NCBI GenBank assembly: GCA_963847475.1
Contig: CAWJZZ010000009.1
Coordinates: 88,038 to 152,037 of the forward strand
DNA length: 64,000 nt
Source: an uncultured Actinomycetes bacterium
Lineage (GTDB): Bacteria; Actinomycetota; Thermoleophilia; Gaiellales; Gaiellaceae
Direction: 5' to 3'
The notes under the pieces were generated by a model that was not told where the DNA came from, did no database searches, and was given only the letters and a program-made list of their open reading frames with translations. Positions 34,860 to 44,498 of the stretch are shown piece after piece (the stretch's first letter is position 1; every line of letters starts with the position of its first letter). A program made the position numbers and the translations under genes.

Positions 34860-35373
34860 GTGGCGCTGTGGCACGTGAGCGAGGACGGGGCGATCCCGCG
34901 GTTCGAGCCGCGGGCACGGCCCGAGCACGACTCGCCGCAACCGCTCGTCTGGGCGATCGACGACGACCACGTGCCGGGCGTACTGGTTCCCGCGCGATTG
35001 CCCTCGGGGCACGTTCTGGGCAGTCGACTCGACGCTCGCGGCCGACGTCGAGCGCTTCTTGACCGGCGACCGTCAGCGTCGCGTGCACGCGATCCAGTCC
35101 GATTGGCTCGAGCGCGTTCGGACGGCGACGATCTTCGCGTACGAACTCCCGCCTGAACCGTTCGTGCCCTATCCGCGAGCCGCGGGCTACTGGGTCTCGC
35201 GCGAGGCGGTCGAGCCGGTCGCGGTGACGCCGATCACCGACCTGCTCGAACGCCACGCGACGGCCGGCATCGAGTTGCGCATCGTTCCCGAGCTCGGGAC
35301 GTTGTGGGAACGCGTGGCCGCCTCGAGCCTGGAGTTCAGCGGCATCCGTCTGCGCAACCTGCTCGCGGGCTGA
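34860..35373 (+). pseudogene. Conserved hypothetical protein with YWFPRDCPR motif; one frame break as given
   Basis: GTG 34860: VALWHVSEDGAIPRFEPR...PLVWAIDDDHVPG then next frame YWFPRDCPRGTFWAVDSTLAADVERFLTGDRQRRVHAIQSDWLERV... (ORF 35059..35373). Break at about 34980; 514 nt = 3n+1. Confidence 0.65.
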
Positions 35374-35380
35374 GCTCCGG

Positions 35381-35644
35381 TTACTCGGGCTGGTCTTCGA
35401 AGGTGAAGTGGAAGTGGTCGTCGTGCGTCTCGACGCCGATCACCTGGTCGTCGAGGGCGGTCGCGGCGACGCGGTTCAGGAAGATCCGGACACCGTCGCG
35501 CTCGACGATCTGGTCGTCGTCGTCGGCCGGCGCGGCGGCCTCCTCGATCTCCAGCTCGATCTCACCGTCCGTCTCGACGCCCGCGATGCGGATCGAGCCG
35601 AGCTCCCTGAATGCGTCCAGCGCCTCTTCGTCGATTTGCAGCAT
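35381..35644 (-). CDS. Small acidic IscA/HesB-fold-like protein lacking the Cys ligands
   Basis: 87 aa; pattern ...IELEIEE....DDDQIVERDGVRIFLNRVAATALDDQVIGVE...HFHFTFE parallels IscA/HesB layout without cysteines (inference). Confidence 0.5.
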   Translation of the reverse strand: MLQIDEEALDAFRELGSIRIAGVETDGEIELEIEEAAAPADDDDQIVERDGVRIFLNRVAATALDDQVIGVETHDDHFHFTFEDQPE

Positions 35645-35662
35645 CGTGCGAGTCTATTAGCC

Positions 35663-36232
35663 GTGCGCATCTTGATCGCGGAAGACGAGACGATCATCCG
35701 GCTCGACCTGCGCGCCCTGCTGGAGGGGGCGGGACACGAGGTCGTCGCGGAGGCACGTGACGGCGAGGAAGCGGTCGCCCTCGCGCGCGAGCACGAGCCC
35801 GACCTCGCGATCCTCGACGTCCGGATGCCGCGTCTCGACGGGATCGAGGCGGCGAAAACGATCCTCGCCGAGCGGCCGATCCCCATCGTCATGCTGACCG
35901 CGTACGGCCAGGACGAACTGGTCGCGCGCGCGGTCGAGGCCGGCGTCTTCGGCTATCTGGTGAAGCCGTTCCGCGAGCAGGACCTCGTGCCGGCGATCAC
36001 GACTGCGCAGGCTCGCCATCGCGAGCTCTCCGCCTTCCGGGAGGAGGCCGAGTCGCTCGGCGAGGCCCTTGCCGCGCGCAAGGCGATCGAGCGCGCGAAG
36101 GGGCTGCTGATGGCGAAGGAGGGCCTGTCGGAGGACGACGCGTTCGCCCGTCTCCGCAAGGCGAGCCAGGTGTCGGGCCGTCCGCTGAAGGTGATCGCGG
36201 AGGCCGTGATCGATACCCTCGACCCCTCATGA
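35663..36232 (+). CDS. pdtaR: Response regulator with ANTAR RNA-binding output domain
   Basis: GTG 35663; receiver ILIAEDETIIRLDL...DVRMPRLDG...KP; ANTAR RKAIERAKGLLMAKEGLSEDDAFARLRKASQVSGRPLKVIAEAVI. Confidence 0.85.
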   Translation: MRILIAEDETIIRLDLRALLEGAGHEVVAEARDGEEAVALAREHEPDLAILDVRMPRLDGIEAAKTILAERPIPIVMLTAYGQDELVARAVEAGVFGYLVKPFREQDLVPAITTAQARHRELSAFREEAESLGEALAARKAIERAKGLLMAKEGLSEDDAFARLRKASQVSGRPLKVIAEAVIDTLDPS

Positions 36233-36519
36233 GCACCTTCACGCCTCCGAGGGAGCGCACGCGTCGCGGAGCCGGTTCCGGAACCGGCGACGCCTGGCGT
36301 GTGATCGTCCTGAACGACGACCACAACACGTTCGAGGGTGTCGCGTTCGCACTCGCCCAGACGATCCCCGGGGTCGACTACGACCGCGGGATGGCGCTCG
36401 CAAACCGCATTCACTCGAGCGGCCAGGCAATGGTCTGGTCCGGCCATCGCGAGTTGGCCGAGCTCTACCACTCGCAGCTCGAGGGCTACGGGCTGACCCT
36501 GGCGCCGCTTGAACGCTGA
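36229..36519 (+). CDS. clpS: ATP-dependent Clp protease adaptor ClpS
   Basis: 96 aa; WRVIVLNDDHNTFEGVAFAL...AMVWSG; ATGA overlap with pdtaR. Confidence 0.8.
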   Translation: MSTFTPPRERTRRGAGSGTGDAWRVIVLNDDHNTFEGVAFALAQTIPGVDYDRGMALANRIHSSGQAMVWSGHRELAELYHSQLEGYGLTLAPLER

Positions 36520-36898
36520 GGCCCTCGCCGGCATCCGCCGTGTGTTCGACGCGTTCGTAGGCGGCGATCCGCGTGCGCTCTTCGAGGTGATCGCCGACGA
36601 CGCCGTCTGGGTGGTCAACGGGACCGTCCCGGTCGCGCAGCGCTACGAGGGACGGAGCCGGATCTTCGAGCTCTTCCGCGAGACTCGCCGACTGACCGGC
36701 GGGACGTATCTGAGCGAGCTCAAATGGGCACTCGCCGACGACGAGCACGCCGTCGCCGTCTATCGGGCGCGAGGGGAGCGGCTCGGTCGCAAGCTCGACA
36801 TCGACCAGGTGCTGCTGATCGACCATCGGAACGGTGTCTGGCAGGCGATCACCGCGATCCCCAGCGATCCGCCCGCGTTCGAAGCGTTCTGGGCGTGA
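36509..36898 (+). CDS. SnoaL/NTF2-like small protein
   Basis: 129 aa, TTG start overlapping clpS end by 11 nt; IRRVFDAFVGGDPRALFEVIADDAVWVVNG... NTF2-like pattern. Confidence 0.6.
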   Translation: MNAEALAGIRRVFDAFVGGDPRALFEVIADDAVWVVNGTVPVAQRYEGRSRIFELFRETRRLTGGTYLSELKWALADDEHAVAVYRARGERLGRKLDIDQVLLIDHRNGVWQAITAIPSDPPAFEAFWA

Positions 36899-37771
36899 AG
36901 ATCGGCGTTCAGCTGCCCGAGGTCGAGCGTGTCGTGCGCTGGCCCGAGCTGCGGGCGCTCGTGGTCGCCGCGGAGGAGACGGGTTTCGACTCGGTCTGGG
37001 TCGGCGACCACCTGCTCTACCGGGGCGACGGCCGTCCAGAGCGCGGCCCGTGGGACTGCTGGTCGGTGCTGGCCGCGATCGCTGCTGTGACGACGACGGG
37101 TCGAGCTCGGCCCGCTCGTCGCCTGCACCGCCTTTCGGCCGCCGGCCTTGCTCGCCCGCGCCGCCGCGGCGGTGGACGAGCTGAGTCGCGGGCGCTTGCG
37201 GGTGGCGCTCGGCTCCGGCTGGAACGAGACCGAGTTCCGCGCGTTCGGGCTGCCCTTCGACCGGCGGGTGGCGCGCTTCACGGAGGCGTTCGAGCAGATT
37301 CGCCGCCTGCTCGCAGGCGAGCGGGTGAGCTTCGACGGGGAGTTCGGCGGCATCGACGATGCGGTGCTGCTGCCCGCACCGGCACGCACGCCGCCGCTGA
37401 TGGTCGGCGGCGCCGGGCCGCGCCTGCTCGCTGCGACGCTCCCGTACGTCGACTGGTGGAACACGTGGTTCGAGCCCTTCGGCAACCGCGCCGACGGCTT
37501 CGCTGCACTCAACCATGCGCTCGATGAGGCCTGCGAGCGCGCAGGTCGCGATCCCGGCGAGGTGCAGCGGAGCGCGTGCCTGCTCGTCTCGGTCGACGGC
37601 GGCGCGGGTGAACGGGCCGCCCGGCCGACCGTGCCGCCGGTGGCCTCGGCCGAGCTCCGCAGCGAGCTCGCAGGGCTCGCTCAGGCGGGCGCCGACGAGG
37701 CGATCCTCGTCCTCGACCCGATCACCGAGTCGTCGATCCGCTCGCTTCGAACAGCGCTTCCCAGCGACTGA
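36895..37771 (+). pseudogene. LLM-class (luciferase-like) flavin/F420-dependent oxidoreductase; one frame break as given
   Basis: GTG 36895 (GTGA overlap): VKIGVQLPEVERVVRWPELRALVVAAEETGFDSVWVGDHLLY...AAIAAVTTT then next frame VELGPLVACTAFRPPALLARAAAAVDELSRGRLRVALGSGWNETEF... (ORF 37148..37771). Break at about 37099; 877 nt = 3n+1. Confidence 0.75.
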
Positions 37772-39587
37772 TCAGCCCGGCGAGGTCCTCGCGGGCGTCG
37801 CGGTGGGCGGCCACCAGCGCCGGGTCGTGCCAGTCGTCGGCGAGCCGCCGCTCGAGGTCGGCGACACGCGCCTCCGCGCGGGCGACCTCGGCCTCGACGA
37901 GCTCGATCGGCGTTGCCTTCGGCTTCGGCGGGCGCTTCGGCTTCTCGCGCTTCGGAGCCGGCGGCGCAGGTGTCGGTGCGGCTTCGGCGTCCTGGGCGCG
38001 GGCGTAGTCGGCCCAGCCGCCGGGGTAGGAGACGATGCGCCCCTCTTCGACCGCCAGCAGCCGGCTCGCGACGGCGTCGAGCAGCGCCCGGTCATGGGAG
38101 ACGAGCAAGACGGTGCCCGGAAACGCCTCGAGCGCCGCTTCGAGCGACTCCCGCGACTCGAGGTCGAGATGGTTCGTCGGCTCGTCGAGGACGAGCAGGT
38201 TCGCACCCGACGCGACCACGATCGCGAGCGCCAACCGGCGCCGCTCGCCGCCGGAGAGGGCGGCGACGGGCTTCTCATGCTCGTCCCAGCCTGAGAACAG
38301 GAAGCGGCCGAGCAGCTTCTGCGCCTCGGGACGCTTCAGCCCGGTGCCGCTCATCGCCGCATCGAGCACGGAGCCCCGCTCGTCGAGTTCCGCCTCGTGC
38401 TGCGAGAAATACGCGGGCTCGACGCCGTGGCCTGTACGGACCCGTCCCGCTGCCGGTTGGCGCCGCCCGAGCAGCGTTTCGAGCAGCGTGGTCTTGCCGG
38501 AGCCGTTCGGACCGACGAGCGCCACGTGCTCGCCGCGCTCGAGGGCGAACTCTGCCCCTGCGAGCAGCGGCTTGTCGCCTGCCTGGACTGCGAGCCCTTC
38601 GACGACGAGAACGTCCCGACCCGACCGGGCGGGCTTCAGGAACTCGAAACCGAGCGTACGGCGGTGGCTGTCGGGCGTCTCGACGCGCTGCGACTCGAGC
38701 CGCTTGATCTGCTTGGCCTTCGACTTGGCCTGCTTCGCCTTGCTCGCCTTCGCCCGGAAGCGCTCGACGAAGCGCTCGAGGCGCGCGAGCTGCTCGGCCT
38801 GGCGTGCCGCCGTCTTTGCCTGATGAAGGGCGCGCGCTGTCTGCTCGCGGCGCCAGACATGCCAGGCACCCGGAAAGTAGGTCGAGCGCCCGTTGTCCAG
38901 CTCGAGGACGGCGGTCGTGACCGCCTCGAGGAACCAGCGATCGTGCGCGACGAGGATGACCGCGGCATCGATCGTCTTCAACATGCCCTCGAGCCATTCG
39001 AGGGATTCGATGTCGAGGTGGTTCGTCGGCTCGTCGAGCAGCAGGATGTCCGGCTGCGACGCGAGTGCGCGTGCGAGCGACGCACGGGTGAGCTCTCCGC
39101 CCGAGAAGGTGCGCAACGGGCGGTCGAGGTCGGCGTCGGTGAAGCCGAGCCCGCGCACCACCGCTGCGGCGCGGTCGCGCCAGTCGTATCCGCCCGCATG
39201 CTCGAGGCGTGCCTGAGCCGACGCGTAACGGCGGAGCGTCGCTGCGGCATGGTCGCCGTCGGTCATTGCCTGCTCCAGGGTGCGCAGCTCCAGCTCGACG
39301 GCCGCGAGGTCGGCGGTGCCCTGCAGGACGTAGTCGCGGAGCGGACGCTCGTCCTCCGATGGCGGTCGCTGGTCGTGTAGGGCGATCCGGGTCCCCTTCT
39401 CCCAGGCCAGCTCGCCGCCTTCGAGCGAGATCTCCCCGGCGAGCGCACGCAACAGGGTGGTCTTGCCCGCGCCGTTCGGCCCCGCGAGGGCGAGCCGGTC
39501 GCGACGTTCGACCTTGAACGAGACGCCGTCGAAGAGCACGTCGCCGGAGAGCTCCTTCCGGAGCGAGGATGCGATCAGCACAGCCAT
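37722..39587 (-). CDS. ABC-F family ATPase (Uup/YheS-like, C-terminal coiled coil)
   Basis: ATG 39587 (MAVLIASSLRKELSG); two cassettes: GPNGAGKTT / FSGGELTRASL / LLLDEPTNHLD and GPNGSGKTT / LSGGERRRLAL / LVLDEPTNHLD; no TM. Confidence 0.9.
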   Translation of the reverse strand: MAVLIASSLRKELSGDVLFDGVSFKVERRDRLALAGPNGAGKTTLLRALAGEISLEGGELAWEKGTRIALHDQRPPSEDERPLRDYVLQGTADLAAVELELRTLEQAMTDGDHAAATLRRYASAQARLEHAGGYDWRDRAAAVVRGLGFTDADLDRPLRTFSGGELTRASLARALASQPDILLLDEPTNHLDIESLEWLEGMLKTIDAAVILVAHDRWFLEAVTTAVLELDNGRSTYFPGAWHVWRREQTARALHQAKTAARQAEQLARLERFVERFRAKASKAKQAKSKAKQIKRLESQRVETPDSHRRTLGFEFLKPARSGRDVLVVEGLAVQAGDKPLLAGAEFALERGEHVALVGPNGSGKTTLLETLLGRRQPAAGRVRTGHGVEPAYFSQHEAELDERGSVLDAAMSGTGLKRPEAQKLLGRFLFSGWDEHEKPVAALSGGERRRLALAIVVASGANLLVLDEPTNHLDLESRESLEAALEAFPGTVLLVSHDRALLDAVASRLLAVEEGRIVSYPGGWADYARAQDAEAAPTPAPPAPKREKPKRPPKPKATPIELVEAEVARAEARVADLERRLADDWHDPALVAAHRDAREDLAGLISRWEALFEASGSTTR

Positions 39588-39646
39588 GCGGCGCACGGTA
39601 GCCCGATGCGACACTGACGAGCGAAACGCGACCCAAGGAGAGCGAG

Positions 39647-40702
39647 ATGATCGGGATCGTCGGCGGCGGCCTCGCCGCGGCAAAGCTGGTCGAGGGCTAC
39701 CGGGAGGCGGGCGGGGAAGACGAGATCACGATCTGGTCGGGTGACCCGCACGGCCCGTACCACCGGCCGCCGCTCTCGAAGCGGATCCTCCGCGGGGAAG
39801 CGGAGGCGCCGGACGCGCTCGCTCACCCCGTCGAGTGGTACGCCGAGCAAGACGTCGACCTCCGGCTCGGCGAGACGATCGGCTCGCTCGAGGACGTGTC
39901 GGCAGACGCTGTCGTGATCGCGACCGGCGCGCGGCCACGTGAACTGCCGGGTGCGAGGACGTTCCGCACGCTCGACGACTCGCTCGCGCTCCGTGAACGG
40001 GCTGCGAGCGCCGAGCGGGCGGTCGTGATCGGCGGCAACTTCATCGGGTGTGAGATCACCGCGTCGCTCACCCACCTCGGTGTGCACGTGACGCAGATCG
40101 TGCGTGACGAGATGCTGTTTGCCTCGCTGCAGGCGCCGCCCCTCTCCGAGGCCCTGGAAGCCCTGTACCGCGAGCGCGGGGTCGACCTGCGGCTCGCCAC
40201 GTCCGAGATTCCCGAGGCCGAGCTGACAGTCGCCGGCATCGGGGTCGTCCCCAACGTCGAGCTCGCGAGGGACGCCGGGCTCGAGGTGCGGAGCGGAATC
40301 GTCGTCGACGAGCGGTTCGCCACCGCCAGGCCCGGCGTCTACGCAATCGGCGACGTCGCCGAGTTCTACGACCCGGTCTTCGGACGGTCACGGCGGATCG
40401 AGCACTGGTCGAATGCCGCCTACCACGGGACGACGCTCGGACGAATCCTGGCGGGGACCGACGACCGCTACGACATCGTCTCGGCGTTCTTCTCGGAGGA
40501 GTTCGGCCGGAGCTTCAAGTACTTCGGCGACGCGCAGGGCCACGATTCCACCTCGCTCGAAGGCGACTTCGCCGAGGGTTCGGCGGTCTACCGGTTCACG
40601 CGCGGTTCGGCCGTGCTGGCGGCCGCGCTCACAGGTCAGGACGAGGAGGCGGAACAGGCTCTGAAGGACGAGATCCGAGCCGGCGCGGCCACCGTTCGAT
40701 AG
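39647..40702 (+). CDS. FAD-dependent pyridine-nucleotide-disulfide oxidoreductase (ferredoxin-reductase-like)
   Basis: 351 aa; IVGGGLAAAK, VIGGNFIGCE, YAIGDVA dinucleotide-binding motifs. Confidence 0.85.
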   Translation: MIGIVGGGLAAAKLVEGYREAGGEDEITIWSGDPHGPYHRPPLSKRILRGEAEAPDALAHPVEWYAEQDVDLRLGETIGSLEDVSADAVVIATGARPRELPGARTFRTLDDSLALRERAASAERAVVIGGNFIGCEITASLTHLGVHVTQIVRDEMLFASLQAPPLSEALEALYRERGVDLRLATSEIPEAELTVAGIGVVPNVELARDAGLEVRSGIVVDERFATARPGVYAIGDVAEFYDPVFGRSRRIEHWSNAAYHGTTLGRILAGTDDRYDIVSAFFSEEFGRSFKYFGDAQGHDSTSLEGDFAEGSAVYRFTRGSAVLAAALTGQDEEAEQALKDEIRAGAATVR

Positions 40703-40743
40703 TCGTTACGCTCGCGGGAAGCGACTGACGAGGAGTGGACTGC

Positions 40744-42741
40744 GTGGCCAACTCGGAGATCGAACAGCTTTCCATCGACACCATCCGCACGCTGTCCATG
40801 GACGCGGTGCAGAAGGCGAATGCGGGTCATCCGGGCACCGCCATGGCGCTCGCCCCGCTCGCGTACCTGTTGTACACCGAGACGCTGCGGCACAACCCCG
40901 CGAACTCGCACTGGCAGAACCGCGACCGGTTCATCCTCAGCGCAGGCCACGCGTGTGTCCTCCAGTACTCGGCGCTGCACTTGACGGGCTACGACCTGTC
41001 GCTCGACGATCTGAAGCAGTTCCGCCAGTGGGGATCGAGGACGCCGGGGCACCCCGAGCGCGGGCACACCGACGGAGTCGAGATCACGACCGGCCCGCTC
41101 GGCCAGGGCTTCGCGAACGGTGTCGGGATGGCGATCGCCGAACGGTTCCTCGCCGGCACCTTCAACCGACCCCATCACGAGCCCGTCGATCACCGTGTGT
41201 ACGTGATCTGCTCGGACGGCGATCTGATGGAGGGGTTGTCGTACGAGGCCGGCTCGATCGCCGGCACGAACGGGCTCGGCAAGCTCATCTACTTCTACGA
41301 CGACAACCACATCACGATCGACGGGACGACCGCGATCTCCTTCACCGAGGATCGGGCGAAGCGGTTCGAGGCACTTGGCTGGCAGGTTCAGTCGGTCGCC
41401 GATGTAAACGATCTCGACGCGCTGCGTGCGGCGATCGCGAGCGCTCAAGGCGAGGTGGAGCGCCCGTCGATGATCATCGTGCGCTCGCACATCGGCTACG
41501 GCGCTCCCGATGCCGTCGACACCGCCGGCGCGCACGGCAGCCCGCTCGGCGTCGAAGAGGTGGCAGCGACGAAGCGCGCGCTCGGCTGGGATCCCGACCA
41601 GCAGTTCGTGATTCCGTCCGAGGTGGCCGCGCACATGAACCAGGCCGAGCGCGGCGCGGAGCTCGAGCGCGACTGGCAGGCGACGCTCGACGCGTGGTCG
41701 GACGCATTCCCGGAGGAGCGCGAGCGTTGGGACGCCGCGTGGGCCGGACGGGTCGGTGAGTGGGAGGCGCCGGAGTTCGCAGCCGGCGAGGAGCTCGCGA
41801 CGCGCGCTGCCGGGAAGACGGTCATGCAGGCGTTCAAGGCGGCCGTGCCGACGATGATCGGCGGCGCCGCCGACCTCGTCGAGTCGACCTACACCGAATT
41901 CGTCGGCGGCGGCCTTTTCTCCGCCGGCTGGGCCGGGCGCAACTTCCCGTTCGGGATCCGAGAGCACGCGATGGGCTCGATCGTCAACGGGATCGCGGCG
42001 CACGGCGGCTGCGTCAAGCCGTACGGGTCGACCTTCCTGATCTTCAGTGACTACATGCGCCCGGCGGTCCGGCTCTCGGCGCTGATGGAGCTGCCGGTCG
42101 TCTGGGTGTGGACGCATGACTCGGTCGGCCTCGGTGAGGACGGCCCGACCCACCAACCGGTCGAGACCTACGCCGCCCTGCGGGCGATCCCGCACCTCTG
42201 GTTCATCCGGCCGGCCGACGCGACCGAGACAGAGGCGGCCTGGCGGATCGCGCTCGAGCGGCGCGACGGGCCGGTGGCGCTCTCCCTCTCCCGGCAGAAG
42301 GTGCCCACCCTCGACCGCAGCGAGCTCGCCCCGGCCTCCGGGCTCGAGCGTGGGGCCTACACGCTCTGGGAGTCGTCCTCCTCGTCCGACCTGATCTTGA
42401 TCGCCACCGGCGCCGAGGTCGGTCTCGCGCTCGATGCCGGCCGCCGGCTCGCCGAGGAAGGAACCGCTGTCCGCGTCGTCTCGATGCCGTGCTGGGAGCT
42501 GTTCGCGGAGCAGTCGGATGAGTACCGCGACGACGTACTGCCCCCCGACGTGACCGCGCGCCTGTCGATCGAGCCGGGCGTTGCGCTCGGCTGGAAGCAG
42601 TGGGTCGGCGACCGGGGCGACTCGATCTCGATCGAGCGCTTCGGAGCATCCGCGCCCGGCGGCACGGTGCTCGCCGAGTTCGGTTACAACCTCGACAACG
42701 TCGTCGCTCGCGCAGCCGCTCTGCTCGAACGGGTCGCGTGA
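40744..42741 (+). CDS. tkt: Transketolase
   Basis: Track start 40735 abuts the SD; in-frame GTG 40744 is 9 nt after [48 protein letters not shown]. Confidence 0.9.
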   Translation: MANSEIEQLSIDTIRTLSMDAVQKANAGHPGTAMALAPLAYLLYTETLRHNPANSHWQNRDRFILSAGHACVLQYSALHLTGYDLSLDDLKQFRQWGSRTPGHPERGHTDGVEITTGPLGQGFANGVGMAIAERFLAGTFNRPHHEPVDHRVYVICSDGDLMEGLSYEAGSIAGTNGLGKLIYFYDDNHITIDGTTAISFTEDRAKRFEALGWQVQSVADVNDLDALRAAIASAQGEVERPSMIIVRSHIGYGAPDAVDTAGAHGSPLGVEEVAATKRALGWDPDQQFVIPSEVAAHMNQAERGAELERDWQATLDAWSDAFPEERERWDAAWAGRVGEWEAPEFAAGEELATRAAGKTVMQAFKAAVPTMIGGAADLVESTYTEFVGGGLFSAGWAGRNFPFGIREHAMGSIVNGIAAHGGCVKPYGSTFLIFSDYMRPAVRLSALMELPVVWVWTHDSVGLGEDGPTHQPVETYAALRAIPHLWFIRPADATETEAAWRIALERRDGPVALSLSRQKVPTLDRSELAPASGLERGAYTLWESSSSSDLILIATGAEVGLALDAGRRLAEEGTAVRVVSMPCWELFAEQSDEYRDDVLPPDVTARLSIEPGVALGWKQWVGDRGDSISIERFGASAPGGTVLAEFGYNLDNVVARAAALLERVA

Positions 42742-42950
42742 TGGCGCGTCAGGCGGACTGCATCAAGCAGTTCTTCTCGCTCGTCTCGCCCGGGTTCATG
42801 CTCGAGGGCGAGCTGCCCGAGCTGCAACTCGAGGCGATCGAGGAGCGCCACGACGGCCACGCGATCGCGCGGGTTCGCGCGGACGGCCGCGTGCTGCCGA
42901 TCCGCTTCACGTTCGACGAAGGCAAGATCGCCCGGGTCGAGGTTCTGTGA
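42741..42950 (+). CDS. 69-aa hypothetical protein embedded between tkt and rpiB
   Basis: ATG 42741 overlaps tkt stop (TGATG); its stop overlaps rpiB start (GTGA). [69 protein letters not shown]; strong GC3. Confidence 0.6.
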   Translation: MARQADCIKQFFSLVSPGFMLEGELPELQLEAIEERHDGHAIARVRADGRVLPIRFTFDEGKIARVEVL

Positions 42951-43414
42951 AGGTCGCCGTTGCCTTCGACCATCGCGGGGTTCACCTTCGCGGTGCGGTG
43001 CTCGAGTCGCTGGCCGGGCACGAGGTGGTCGACTTCGGCACCGATACCGACGCAGTGCGGATCGACTATCCCGACAAGGCGCGCGAGGTCGGCGGGGCGA
43101 TTCAGCGCGGGCAGGCCGAGCGCGCCGTGCTCGTCTGCGGCTCCGGCGTCGGTGCGGCGGTCGCAGCCTGCAAGCTGGCCGGTATCCGCGCCGCGATCTG
43201 CCACGACACGTACAGCGCCCATCAGGGCGTCGAGCATGACGACATGAACGTGCTCTGCCTCGGCTCGGAGGTCGTCGGGCCGTCGCTGGCGCGCGAGCTC
43301 GTCGAGGCGTTTCTAGGCGCGACTTTCGACGGCGGCGAGCGCTACGTCGAACGCCTGCAGAAGGTCGCCGAGATGGAAAGGGAGATGAAGGATGGCCAAG
43401 TCACGGCTCCATGA
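42947..43414 (+). CDS. rpiB: Ribose-5-phosphate isomerase B
   Basis: GTG 42947; VAVAFDHRG, VLVCGSGVGAAVAACK, HDDMNVLCLG (RpiB/LacA/LacB family). Confidence 0.85.
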   Translation: MKVAVAFDHRGVHLRGAVLESLAGHEVVDFGTDTDAVRIDYPDKAREVGGAIQRGQAERAVLVCGSGVGAAVAACKLAGIRAAICHDTYSAHQGVEHDDMNVLCLGSEVVGPSLARELVEAFLGATFDGGERYVERLQKVAEMEREMKDGQVTAP

Positions 43415-44498
43415 GCTTTCGGCACGTGGGCAGTCGGTGTGGTTCGACACGCTCTCGCGCGACCTCGTCCACACGGGCGAGCTGAAGCGGATGATGGACG
43501 AGGACGCCGTCGTCGGCGTCACGTCGAACCCGACGATCTTCCAGAAGGCGCTCTCCACCGGCGACGCCTACGACGACGACCTGAAGCAGTTGCTCGGCAC
43601 GACGGACGACGCGACGGAGATCTTCTTCTCGCTCGCCCTGCAGGACATTCGCGATGCGTGCGACGTGCTGAAGCCGGCCTACGACGCTTCCGGAGGCATC
43701 GACGGATACGTCTCGATGGAGGTCGAGCCGGGGATCGCGTACGACACGGAGAAGACGTTCGAGCAGGTCCAGCGGATCGCCAAGGAGGTCGAGCGGCCGA
43801 ATCTCTACGTGAAGATCCCGGCGACCGAGCCGGGGCTGCCGGCGATCGAGGACTCGATCGCGCACGGCACCTCGATCAACATCACGCTGATCTTCTCCCT
43901 GGCGCGGTACAAGGCTGTCGTCGAGGCGTACCTCCGCGGGCTCGAGCGGCTGATCGCCCATGGGGGCGACCCGTCGAAGGTCGCCTCGGTCGCGTCGTTT
44001 TTCGTCTCGCGTGTCGACTCCGAGGCCGACAAGCAACTGGAGGCGGTCGGCCATCCCGAGCTCGCCGGCAAGCTCGCGATTGCGAACGCCAAGCTCGCGT
44101 ACCAGCACTACCTCGAGGCGTTCTCCGGCGCTCGGTGGGAGTACCTCGAGAGCAAAGGCGCACACAGGCAGCGTTGCCTCTGGGCGTCGACCTCGACGAA
44201 GAACCCCGCCTACCGCGACGTGATGTACGTCGAGGACCTGATCGGGCCGGAGACGGTGAACACGATGCCGCTCGAGACGATCGAGGCGTTCCAGGACCAC
44301 GGCGAGGTGAAAGGCGACACGGTGCTCGAGGGCGTTCCCGAAGCCGAGGCCCTGCTCGTGCAGCTCGCAGCTGCCGGCGTCGACTACGCCGCCGTGACGG
44401 CGACGCTCGAAGCGGAGGGTGTGCAGAAGTTCATCGACTCGTTCGAGCAGATCGTCGAGAGCATCGGCGTCAAGCGCAGCGCCCTGGCCGCGGCGTGA
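43392..44498 (+). CDS. tal: Transaldolase
   Basis: 368 aa; QSVWFDTLSR, GVTSNPTIF, LYVKIPAT (Schiff-base Lys), SFFVSRVD. Confidence 0.9.
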   Translation: MAKSRLHELSARGQSVWFDTLSRDLVHTGELKRMMDEDAVVGVTSNPTIFQKALSTGDAYDDDLKQLLGTTDDATEIFFSLALQDIRDACDVLKPAYDASGGIDGYVSMEVEPGIAYDTEKTFEQVQRIAKEVERPNLYVKIPATEPGLPAIEDSIAHGTSINITLIFSLARYKAVVEAYLRGLERLIAHGGDPSKVASVASFFVSRVDSEADKQLEAVGHPELAGKLAIANAKLAYQHYLEAFSGARWEYLESKGAHRQRCLWASTSTKNPAYRDVMYVEDLIGPETVNTMPLETIEAFQDHGEVKGDTVLEGVPEAEALLVQLAAAGVDYAAVTATLEAEGVQKFIDSFEQIVESIGVKRSALAAA

